A stretch of DNA of 64,000 bases from Atribacterota bacterium (GTDB lineage: Bacteria > Atribacterota > Phoenicimicrobiia > Phoenicimicrobiales > Stramentimicrobiaceae), in NCBI GenBank assembly GCA_040767965.1, contig JAXGNR010000004.1:640001-704000 (forward strand). Direction: 5' to 3'. The notes beneath the pieces were generated by a model. It was not told the DNA's origin. It did not search any database and worked only from the letters and a program-made list of their open reading frames with translations. A program made the position numbers and the translations under genes. Of the stretch, positions 41,404-50,156 are shown in pieces (position 1 is the stretch's first letter; each line of letters starts with the position of its first letter).

Positions 41404-41661
41404 TTAATAAGTTTCTTCATTTCTTATTTTAATAAACAAGATTTCTATTTCTTTTTGATAGAAGTTAATATGATACCCGATCCGGTAATTTCCTTTTCTT
41501 ATTCTAAAAAACGAAATCCTGCCTTTTTTTATTTTCTTAACTCCTGCTGGTAGTGGATCATTTTTTAGAGTTTGGATCATTTCTGTAATTTTTTTTAATT
41601 CTTTATCTGGTATATTTTGAACATCTTTTTTAATGCTTGCTTTGTATAGTAGTTTATACAC
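41404..41661 (-). CDS. RelE/ParE-superfamily toxin
   Basis: 85 aa, basic, LKNDPLPAGVKKIK..FRIRKGNYRIGY; overlaps the antitoxin stop. Confidence 0.88.
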   Translation of the reverse strand: MYKLLYKASIKKDVQNIPDKELKKITEMIQTLKNDPLPAGVKKIKKGRISFFRIRKGNYRIGYHINFYQKEIEILFIKIRNEETY

Positions 41662-41893
41662 TCATTCCTCTGTTTTTAAGGTATTGATCCCATTCTTCTT
41701 CATCTATAGAAGGTTCATTTCTTCTCATCTCAACTGTATGTATATCATCTTCATCTTCTTTTATTTTATTTAATTTCTCTTTAATAGCTTCAGTTACAAA
41801 GTAATTTATAACAATTCCTTTTGATTTGCAGTATTTTCTCAAATCATTTATGACATCTTCCGGAATTCTAGTACCTAAAGAAACTTTATTCAT
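41654..41893 (-). CDS. Ribbon-helix-helix antitoxin
   Basis: VSLGTRIPEDVINDLRKYC..G..INYFVTEAIKEKL, acidic tail EDEDD..DEEEW; ATG 41893 follows GAGGTG. Confidence 0.8.
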   Translation of the reverse strand: MNKVSLGTRIPEDVINDLRKYCKSKGIVINYFVTEAIKEKLNKIKEDEDDIHTVEMRRNEPSIDEEEWDQYLKNRGMSV

Positions 41894-41905
41894 GAATATC
41901 ACCTC

Positions 41906-41943
41906 TGATAGCATATGATAGCATTAGCTATCATTGATGTCAA
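41906..41943 (-). promoter_or_regulatory. TA promoter with overlapping palindromic operator
   Basis: TTGACA-17 nt-TATCAT; perfect inverted repeat ATGATAGC-4 nt-GCTATCAT (41915-41934) plus an extra half-site at 41906-41913. Confidence 0.75.
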
Positions 41944-41967
41944 GGTAAGATACTCCGTCTTCCAATT

Positions 41968-42280
41968 CACCCCCACCTTTATCCTCCCCCCTCAAGGGGG
42001 AGGAAATGGGAAAAGGTTTTTTCTCCCGTCAAGAGGGAGGATAATAAAAAAGAAAAATCTTCCTTCAAGGAGAATAAGATTGAGAAAGATTAAATTCTCT
42101 CTTTAATGAGGGGAGAAAATTGAGAAAGAATAAATCTCCCCTTCAAGGGAGGATAATATTGGAAAAGTTTTAATCCTTTTCTCAGGGAGGAAGAAAACAA
42201 AAAATTAAATATTCCTCTGAAAGTTAGAGAAATAAAAAAGAGTAAATCTTTTCCTTGATAAGGAGGAAGAGGGAAAATTG
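41968..42280 (+). repeat. Hairpin-unit array R3
   Basis: CACCCCCACCTTTATCCTCCCCCCTCAAGGGGGAGGAA followed by 7 degenerate 36-40 nt units. Confidence 0.85.
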
Positions 42281-42317
42281 CTTATGTTATATAAGCATGC
42301 TTGATACAATTTTATAA

Positions 42318-42533
42318 CTATACCAGATTCTTTAATTCTTCAATTGTAATATCAGCTTTTTTAATAATTGAATTTAAAGTGCCTTTTCTGATTTCCTTAT
42401 GATTAGGAACAATTAATGAAATATTTTTTTCAGGATTATGTAAGAAGATATGGCTACCTCTTTGGTGATCAATGATAAAGCCAATGCGATGAAGTGCCTT
42501 GACTAATTCCCGCCCTGAGAATACTTTGCTCAT
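42318..42533 (-). CDS. hicA: HicA-family toxin
   Basis: ELVKAL..IGF...QRGSHI....[17 protein letters not shown]. Confidence 0.93.
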   Translation of the reverse strand: MSKVFSGRELVKALHRIGFIIDHQRGSHIFLHNPEKNISLIVPNHKEIRKGTLNSIIKKADITIEELKNLV

Positions 42534-42745
42534 AAAGAAACCTTAACTTCTTTTGCAATAAATCCTGGTTTTGTTTTTATCTCATTTACCTTTTCCATTC
42601 CTTCAAGATAACATTTAATTGCTTCTTTTGCATTTTTTAACGCTTCTTTTTCATCCATCCCTTGAGTATAACAACCATCAAGAGCAGGGACAGAAACATT
42701 AAATCCCCCTTCTTCGGCTGGTTCTAATATAACCATAAATTTCAT
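42530..42745 (-). CDS. hicB: Short HicB-family antitoxin
   Basis: [35 protein letters not shown]; ATG 42745 follows AAGGAG; overlaps hicA start by 4 nt. Confidence 0.92.
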   Translation of the reverse strand: MKFMVILEPAEEGGFNVSVPALDGCYTQGMDEKEALKNAKEAIKCYLEGMEKVNEIKTKPGFIAKEVKVSL

Positions 42746-42850
42746 ATAAAATACTCCTTTAATCATTAGTTTTGCATTTTAGTCAATTATTAATTATTAG
42801 TCTATATTATATTCTATCATTCATTTAAAAATAATTATAGCATATATGTA

Positions 42851-42886
42851 TGAGATTGCTTCGTCACTTCGTTCCTCGCAATGACA
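42851..42886. repeat. REP-like palindrome TGAGATTGCTTCGTCACTTCGTTCCTCGCAATGACA
   Basis: ATTGC/GCAAT stem; same family as 40539 and 48658. Confidence 0.75.
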
Positions 42887-42909
42887 AAAAAGAAACTCTC
42901 TTGCAAATT

Positions 42910-43400
42910 CACCCCCACCTTTATCCTCCCCCATCAAAGGGGAGGAAGTTGAGAAAGGTTTAATCCTCCCATTAATAGCGAGGAAATGGGGAAAGGTTTT
43001 TTTTTTCTCCTACCGTCAAGAGGGAGGATAATAAAAAAGAATAAATCCCTCTTTAAAAGGAGAGGATAATAAAAAAGATAAAATCCTCCTTTAATGAGGA
43101 TAAAATCGAAAAAGACTATAATATCCTCTCATGAAGGGAGCCGAAAAATGGGGAAAATTTTAATCCCATCCTCAGTCTCAAGGAGAAGTGAAATAATAAA
43201 AAGAGCAAAATTCCCTTAATTGGGAGATATAGAAAGACTTCAAACCCTCTTCTCAAGGAGGGAAAAATAAAAAAGAGTAAATTCCTCCTCTTAACCCTTA
43301 TTTAATAGATATGAAAATAAATTATAATATCCCTCAAAGGGAAGTAAACAAAAAAGTTAATATTCCTCAGAAAGTTAGTAAAATAATAAAAACAATAAAT
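42910..43400 (+). repeat. Hairpin-unit array R4 (longest, about 12 units; end approximate)
   Basis: CACCCCCACCTTTATCCTCCCCCATCAAAGGGGAGGAA start; shares units with R3 such as CCGTCAAGAGGGAGGATAATAAAAAAGAA and AATATTCCTC(T/A)GAAAGTTAG. Confidence 0.82.
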
Positions 43401-43438
43401 TTTCTTCCAAAATTATTGAAATAAAATTTCAATCCATT

Positions 43439-44219
43439 TCAAGGGTAGTAGATTGGAAAATAGTAAATCAAATTATGAAGCAGATACCAGTGGATAAGGG
43501 CCTGTCCCCAGAAAATAGAAATGTCTAAAAGCTCCAAGATATGAATGATTCAAAATTATATCTTTGTTTTTACTTGTAGCCATTATCAAAATTCCGATTA
43601 CAGATCCGAGAAAGAAGCCAGGAATAAAGCAAAGTTAACTGCCAGCCTAAAAAGCACCTATCATTGCTGCCAGCTTTACACTCCCCCATTGCTTCTTTCT
43701 TGAATAGTTTTGTGCCAAAACAGCTACCAGATATAAGCTCCCTCCCCCGCCCAGAATGCCAAGTAGAAATTTACAGGTGTTATATTTTTCAGAAAAAAAA
43801 CTCAGCAGAAAACCAATGACCATAAAAGGTAGAGAAATAACATCAGGAATAATTCTTTCTTTCAGATCAATAAAACTTATTATAATTAACAGTGTAGACA
43901 GCAGCATATAAACAAAAGATATTATCTGTAACCCATAAAACAAATATAAAGCCAGATAAAATAATCCGGTTACCAGCTCTACCAACGGGTATTGAACAGG
44001 AATTGTTTGTCCGCAATTACGGCATTTCCCTTTTAAAAGGAGGTAACTAATCAAGGGAATATTATCATAAAACAGAATCGGTTTAGAACATTGAGGGCAA
44101 TGAGAGCCAGGACTTATCAATGATTCGTTGCGGGGAATCCGGTAAATACAGACATTACTGAAACTGCCAATGATCAATCCTGTTAAAAAGATTATCATTG
44201 CAATAAATATTTCATACAT
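43439..44219 (-). CDS. pilD: Prepilin peptidase/methyltransferase (3' part frameshifted, end approximate)
   Basis: IGSFSNVCIYRIP, SHCPQC, DNIPLISY..LKGKCRNC, FIDL..IIPD, remnants of the AMGxGDVKLAAMIGAF motif and terminal FWGQALIHWYL in shifted frames. Confidence 0.92.
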
Positions 44220-44307
44220 AAATCAACCTTTTATCAGAATATTTTAATATTTTACAAATTAAAAATAGCTGAACTAAAAAAATTATAACATATAACCAAT
44301 AAAATAA

Positions 44308-45357
44308 TCAGCAGATAATATGTGCTATTAATGTAGGCATAATTATTAGTACTCTTCGCTGATGCCAAAGCATGCATTATGCTTACCCTGACAGGGTCTG
44401 CCCCTATTTCCATAGCTGTTAAAGTCATCAGAGTTACCCCTCCGGCAGCAGTGGCCAGCAGGGATGTTGCCAGATCCCATTTCAGGAAATGATGGAAAAG
44501 AAGCCCGATAATTATTCCGTTACCTACTACGAATATGGAAAAAAATATTATTGGTAATAGCAAAGCTTTCAAGGTTACTACCATTTCAGGGGTAAAGGTA
44601 GTGCCAAGATATCCGCCTAAAATAATCTGTGTTGTCAGGACTAGCCAGCGGGGAAGTTCTTTTAAAGGAAGGCCGGCAGTTCGTAAAGCACCAACAGTAA
44701 TCATTGCTCCCAGCATGCCTCCTACAGGTATACCCAAGTATTTGGCAGTATAACCGCCAACTGCTCCAACAGCTAATGACGCTAGTATATGAAATATATT
44801 GGTTTTTCTTTTGCTGATTCAATTTCTCTCCCGTTCTTTTATCTGATTCGTGTTGATTATCAATATTATGAGAATAGCTGCATTTGTTACAATAGGTAAA
44901 CTCATGTTGATGGATAGAATCCGGATAAACTGCAGTAAAAAGTAACTGCAGGAACATTCAGGTTATATGTAAGTGCAATCAGACCCATTTTAAAAACTCC
45001 CGAAGACGAGCCAAACAGAGAAGAGCCGATATCCATACCGGTTACTCTGCATAACAATAAACCAACTCCCAGACTAATCACTATCATCCAGACAGATGAC
45101 AATAAGCCGGGTACCAGAAGAGATTTCAAAGTAGCGATTTGATCTTTTTGAAACCTGCATCCAATCATTACCCCTATTATCACCTGAAAGAAAGTAGTAA
45201 TATAAGAAGGTAACACTGCCCACTGCACGCCTTGACTGGTAATTAAAGCTAAAGCAACCAAAGCACCGGTAACTGCTCCACCGGGTACATGAAAGTAACT
45301 CAAAACACGATAACCGATATATCCCAAAACAAAGATTGCCAATAAAGTGATAAACAT
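44308..45357 (-). CDS. AbrB-family duplicated membrane protein (AidB regulator / putative ammonia monooxygenase family), multiple frameshifts
   Basis: Two homologous halves: VPGGAVTGAL..QVIIGVMIGCRF and IPVGGMLGAM..QIILGGYLGTTF..ATSLLATAAGG; spread over three ORFs. Confidence 0.8.
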
Positions 45358-45417
45358 AGAAATATTTAAACCTTTCTTCCTTTAAAAAGTATCAATATTT
45401 TTTAAATATAGAAATAC

Positions 45418-45456
45418 AATATGGCAATAATTGTTTAATAAACTATTGCCATATTA
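45418..45456. terminator. Hairpin downstream of the GNAT gene
   Basis: AATATGGCAATA...TATTGCCATATT. Confidence 0.55.
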
Positions 45457-45499
45457 TTTACATATAATTTATCCGGATATTTTCCATCTTCAATTGAAT

Positions 45500-46175
45500 T
45501 TTTTATTTTTAAATGATTTAAGATAAATAACTTTTTCCCATAATATAATGAGGCATTATTTCCCCGTTTAAATATGTTAAAAAAGAATATTTCCCGGTAA
45601 ATAAAACTTCGAAATCAAGCTTTTCAAAAAAATGTTTAGCCCTGTGGGAAAGCACTCCAAAGTGAACACCTTCAGATCTGTTTTTTTTTTATAAAATCAG
45701 TAAAATTGTTTATCAGCAGTGTTCCCACATTTAAGCCACGACTGGCAGCAGTGACATTTACATGCAAAGTTGCCGGGTATTTTTGAGTAAAATCAGGAAA
45801 TTTAAACTCGCCTTTAAAGTAACTATACAGCATATTTTTTAAAAATAGCAAATTATTTCCTTTTAAAAAATGACCTTTTTTCAAGATATCTTTTATAGTT
45901 TTAGGAAAAATGTATTTCTTAAAAGTATCCTGCATTTTTTTTGCATCCATAGAGCCCAGCAGATAGCCGATAACCTGCTGGTCTTTTTCAGCAACAAAAC
46001 TGGATGTAGGCTCATAATCTGTGTAATAGGAGGTTAAAAAATCAGCTATTAAATCATGATCAAAAAATATTTCACTATATTCAGCAAGAATGCTGCTGGA
46101 AACGCTGATTTTTCTTATGCTCTCCCGGTCTTTTTTTTGATAGCTTCTTATTTTAACCTGCATGATACCTTCCAA
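45500..46175 (-). CDS. GNAT acetyltransferase (frameshift near the A10 run at 45681-45690, end approximate)
   Basis: IRSYQKKDR, FVAE..VIGYLLG, YPATLHVNV..RGLNVGTLL; continues GVHFGV..AKHFFEKLDF in another frame. Confidence 0.82.
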
Positions 46176-46219
46176 TATAGAATAAATTTAATATATTATT
46201 ATATATTATGAATTATAAA

Positions 46220-47140
46220 TTATGTTGTTTGCGGTCTGCAGTAAACGGCAAATATTTCATTTTCTCTGATAGAGGCAAGCAACAGATTTCTTAGTAATGG
46301 ATTTCTCAATTGGCTCATATAAGCCCTGAGGGCGATTTCTTTTCTTTCCTTTATACTTTCGGGCAACAGTAATTTTTCCCAGCCGCCTTCCAGTGTTATC
46401 AGGTCCAGAGGCGGTAAAACATAATAATCCGGCGCATATCTTTTAGGATGCGGGAAAGAGCGATGATGAACAATGTATTTATATCCGGAAAAGTTTTTAA
46501 TATATTTTTCCATTTCAGAATATTCCAGCAGCACTTCTTCTTTTATCAATTCCCCTAATTCAATAATATTTTCCAGATATTGAAATCTTATAACTTTATC
46601 ATCAAGGATTTTCTCCAGCAACATACCGGTAGTTGAGTGGTCCTGATGGCTGTCATCAGGATGAGGATAAATAATAATAGCGGGTTGATACAACTCGATT
46701 TGTTGTGAGAAAATATTTTCCAGCTCAACAGGATTTTGTCTTGCCAGCTGGCTGTCCGGATATTCCAGAAAGATAAGGCTTTCCTCAGGAACACCCAGAA
46801 TACCGGTGGCATTTACAAACTCCATGAATCGAAGATCTCGCAAGTTGCGCCTGTTTCCGTCAGTTATCAGAACAATATAAACCTCAGCATCCCTTTTCAT
46901 GGATTCAATTATATAGCCGCCGGCAGCTATAGTTTCATCATCTGGATGAGGGACAAATATTAAAACCTTTTCTCCACTGTCAGGCAATCGCACATCATCT
47001 AAAAAATGAATCGCAAGCTGTGGCAGGACCGGGTTAGTCCTGAAATAGATGAATATTAAAGAGGAAAATCCAATTAAAATTAATAAAAAAAATATTTGTA
47101 ATTTTCTGTTATTTTTGAGATTGTTAATAATCTGACCCAT
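46220..47140 (-). CDS. PIG-L/LmbE family deacetylase with N-terminal TM
   Basis: VPHPDDET, ITDG, FLEYPD, HPDDSHQDH, AYMSQ. Confidence 0.9.
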   Translation of the reverse strand: MGQIINNLKNNRKLQIFFLLILIGFSSLIFIYFRTNPVLPQLAIHFLDDVRLPDSGEKVLIFVPHPDDETIAAGGYIIESMKRDAEVYIVLITDGNRRNLRDLRFMEFVNATGILGVPEESLIFLEYPDSQLARQNPVELENIFSQQIELYQPAIIIYPHPDDSHQDHSTTGMLLEKILDDKVIRFQYLENIIELGELIKEEVLLEYSEMEKYIKNFSGYKYIVHHRSFPHPKRYAPDYYVLPPLDLITLEGGWEKLLLPESIKERKEIALRAYMSQLRNPLLRNLLLASIRENEIFAVYCRPQTT

Positions 47141-47508
47141 CTTTTATTAAAGCTTTTTTATAGCAACTATTCCCTCTTTTTTAAATTAAATAAAAATAAT
47201 AAAGCAAATGTATAAGGTCCAACTTCAACATTTAAGCAATTGAATGCATTATTATGAACATTTTTTTATATTAATATAAGTTGGCCTGTATGACAAGGAA
47301 AATTAATATCTTTACCTATTTATTACGGGAACAGGAAGGTGGAAACATAAATCAAGGTGGGATATCTTGACCACAGCTGTCACGAACACTTGCTCAGAAC
47401 AGTTAGGGTAATTAAATAACTTGTCTGCAAAGAAAAGTAAAGAATATTAATATGCATTTATTTAATAGAATGTAGAAAAAAAGAAATGCCGTTTTGCCTG
47501 ACGGAAGG

Positions 47509-47904
47509 TTAATTTCTCTGAATAATAATATTAAGACGCAGCGAAGAGCCGTCTCTGCTGATGCCGTCCAGGCGGAAAGTATTGATACCGTCAAAAGATA
47601 CTACCACATCACCGGGTCTTTCCCAGCCGTTTTTGGTCTGCCTTTCCAGATTTACCGGGTTATTGATACCCAACCGGTCAATTAAACTGTCAATATCATT
47701 CCAGATAAGAATAGGATGCTTGTTGATGAGCTCAGAGCGGATTTCTGCTTCTACCTTCTCCACATTAGAGGTTACCAACCGCCGCACATTCTGGCTCACT
47801 ACATAATCATAAGCCCGGGGAGCAAAGATAATCAAGCTGCCGATAATCAGCACCAGTATCAACAGAGAAAGAATGGTAATTCCTTTGTGGTTAAAAGGTT
47901 TCAT
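47509..47904 (-). CDS. Pilin-like protein, apparent paralogue of the major pilin, lacking Glu5
   Basis: HKG|ITILSLLILVLII; NNPV / GDVVV / LDGI motifs parallel RNPF / GQIVI / IQGI in the upstream pilin. Confidence 0.65.
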   Translation of the reverse strand: MKPFNHKGITILSLLILVLIIGSLIIFAPRAYDYVVSQNVRRLVTSNVEKVEAEIRSELINKHPILIWNDIDSLIDRLGINNPVNLERQTKNGWERPGDVVVSFDGINTFRLDGISRDGSSLRLNIIIQRN

Positions 47905-48027
47905 TTCGCTTTCCTCTAAGGATTTTTTTATTTAGATAATCAAAATAAGAATAGCAATTTATTTTTAAAATAGCAATAAATATTATACAGGTATTATTTA
48001 GTCATATTTAGTATTTATATATTTAGA

Positions 48028-48086
48028 GGTCAGGTCTCAACATTTGCACATTCAATTAAGAAAATGAAAAATTTTGAGACCTGACC
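48028..48086. repeat. REP-like long palindrome just after the pilA stop
   Basis: Perfect 13-bp arms GGTCAGGTCTCAA / TTGAGACCTGACC. Confidence 0.75.
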
Positions 48087-48096
48087 CTTCTTTGTT

Positions 48097-48552
48097 TTAT
48101 AATTGTGCAGTTAGGATTTCCAAAATTGGCGCATTGCCTCCACCAATACCTTGTATGGTACATTCATTGCAAGCAGCGGCAGTTGTGCCTGAAGCTGGAA
48201 TAATAACAATTTGACCCTCAGTTCCCACAGCAGGACTTGAACCGGGGTCCATTATCACAAAATCTGTATTTTTCATTGCGACTCCAGTAAATGGATTACG
48301 CAGGTTAGCATTAACAAAAACTCCATCCACAGCAGCTAAAGTGCTTAGATTAACAGCCCCATCAGCCATTTCAGACTGAATAATTGTATGAACTGTGCTG
48401 GCGTTAGCTTTGACAATTGATTCTTTGGCCTTTTCCTGCTGGGTTGTGTATAATCTCAATCCCAATAGTGCCAGGATTCCGATAATGGCTACAACTACCA
48501 TCAATTCAATTAAGGTAAAACCTTTTTTATTTTTCTGTAAATACATGAACAT
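48097..48552 (-). CDS. pilA: Probable major type IVa pilin
   Basis: KKG|FTLIELMVVVAIIGILA; strong GGAGGA RBS; long upstream intergenic region and 3' hairpin. Confidence 0.85.
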   Translation of the reverse strand: MFMYLQKNKKGFTLIELMVVVAIIGILALLGLRLYTTQQEKAKESIVKANASTVHTIIQSEMADGAVNLSTLAAVDGVFVNANLRNPFTGVAMKNTDFVIMDPGSSPAVGTEGQIVIIPASGTTAAACNECTIQGIGGGNAPILEILTAQL

Positions 48553-48657
48553 TTTATTAAATTCCTCCATTTTTATTTATTATTTACTCTTATTTATAAT
48601 TAATGCGTATTTTTCAAATTACAATTTCTGTTTATATTGGTTATCAGTAAAGAAAAT

Positions 48658-48692
48658 CAGATTGCCTCAAAGCTGTGCTCCTGGCAATGACA
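48658..48692. repeat. Degenerate REP-like palindrome CAGATTGCC...GGCAATGACA
   Basis: Same ends as 42851-42886. Confidence 0.6.
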
Positions 48693-49112
48693 AAAATAAA
48701 AGTTTCTGACAATAACCAAAAAAATATACCCACAATGATGAAAAAGTATCTACTTTCACAATATCTGAAGAATCTGAAGAAAAATTCCTCATAAATATCA
48801 GGAAAGCATATGTTCTCATACTTAATAAAAGCTATTTTTTGTGCTGACCACTTCCTTTCGTATTATTTTTACTGTATTGAAATTATTTATATCAGTTCTG
48901 AATAAACAGCGCTTTTTACTTCTTTTAAAGTGTTTCTTATATATATATTACCTATCTTAATTATTTTAGACAATAGTTTGATAAATTTTTTATATTTTAT
49001 TTATCTTCCGGCGACAATATCTGCGCAGATTTATATTAAGGCAGGAAATTTATAAATACAATGATTATTTATAGTATCAGGTATGAGAGTGATTTATCAG
49101 ATGTTTAAAAAA

Positions 49113-49532
49113 TTAAATATTATCGGGGAATTCAACTTTTTCAATTGCCGTATTGATGGCAAAAACGCGGATATTATTGTCCTGACTGTCCACCGGATAA
49201 ATAAAAAATCCTGTTTTGTTGGGATTGTAGCCGTAAGTGGTTCCGTAAAACTTCTCACCATCTGTAAAATGAATTATAACGCGCTTTTGGGTGGGAGTAT
49301 CACGACGGGCATGGGCAAAGGTCCTGACTTTCTGATAATCTTTATTTCCTATGAAATCTTTTACGAAAAAAACAGATTTAATGTTTTTTATGCTAAGCTC
49401 TAATATTTCTTTTTCTGAATATTCCTTCAAAGGAATAATATAAAAGTTTTCTCTGTTGGGATTAAAATTTTCCAGCCATCCTTTTATGATATCCCCGTTT
49501 AGAAGCTTTATTACTACTTTATGTCCTGCCAT
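49113..49532 (-). CDS. DUF6982-like protein, copy 2 (internal duplication)
   Basis: KVVIKLLNGDIIKG / RVIIHFTDGEKFYG, KSVFFVKDF, GFFIYPVD..NNIRVF. Confidence 0.7.
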   Translation of the reverse strand: MAGHKVVIKLLNGDIIKGWLENFNPNRENFYIIPLKEYSEKEILELSIKNIKSVFFVKDFIGNKDYQKVRTFAHARRDTPTQKRVIIHFTDGEKFYGTTYGYNPNKTGFFIYPVDSQDNNIRVFAINTAIEKVEFPDNI

Positions 49533-49674
49533 TTAACTTCAACCTGAAAAGATATTTTCTAATGCTTTACTTCAAATATAATGCTTGTGTAAATGTTTTA
49601 TTTTTCCAGCATACCTGCTTAGTTATAATTACTTATTTCCCCGAAAATAGAATTTGCCGGAAAGGCATATGTTT

Positions 49675-50148
49675 CTAATTTTCATATAAATAAATATCAA
49701 AATCATCAGAACCAAACTTTTTTAAATGCACTTTTTCCAGGGCATTCTTGGAAACAAAAACCCGGTCATTATTATCCTTCTGATCTATGGGGAATACAAA
49801 AAATCCGGCACGGTCCTGAGCATAGCTGTGTGTGGTGCCGTAAAAATTTTCTCCGTCTTTGAATATGATAATAATCTTTCGCTGGGAGGGAGTTCCTCCG
49901 GAATAACCGTTAAAAGTTCTAACTTTTTGATATTCTTTATTGCCGGCGAAATCTTTTACAAAAAAGATGGCTTTGATTTTACTGATATCAATCTCGAGGA
50001 TTTCATCTTTTCTTCCTGAAGAGCTCTCTTCAACCGGCGAAATATGAAATAATGAATTATTGGGATTAAAGTCTGCAGTATATCCTTTGATGATTTTTCC
50101 ATCAAGAAACCTGACAACTATCTTTTTTCCTAACATTTTTAGTTCCAC
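49675..50148 (-). CDS. DUF6982-like protein, copy 1 (internal duplication)
   Basis: KIVVRFLDGKIIKG / KIIIIFKDGENFYG, KAIFFVKDF; clearly paralogous to 49113-49532. Confidence 0.7.
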   Translation of the reverse strand: MELKMLGKKIVVRFLDGKIIKGYTADFNPNNSLFHISPVEESSSGRKDEILEIDISKIKAIFFVKDFAGNKEYQKVRTFNGYSGGTPSQRKIIIIFKDGENFYGTTHSYAQDRAGFFVFPIDQKDNNDRVFVSKNALEKVHLKKFGSDDFDIYLYEN

Positions 50149-50156
50149 CTCAATAA

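Noticed and set aside
40364-42106. Plus-strand ORFs 40364-40561, 41220-41432 and 41915-42106
   Set aside because: They are translations of the hairpin arrays (K/R/G/P-rich, FILPP motifs) with no family resemblance.
40329-43400. CRISPR array or classical integron
   Set aside because: Units are degenerate along their whole length with no constant repeat and unique spacers; no cas genes or intI, and I could not find RYYYAAC/GTTRRRY attC cores.
43495-43512. GGGGACAGGCCCTT as another REP copy
   Set aside because: It reads as FWGQALIHWYL, a typical PilD C-terminus, so it is coding sequence.
48570-49110. c-di-GMP riboswitch upstream of pilA
   Set aside because: I found neither the class I GGCAAAC..GAAA..GACGCAAAG pattern nor class II features.
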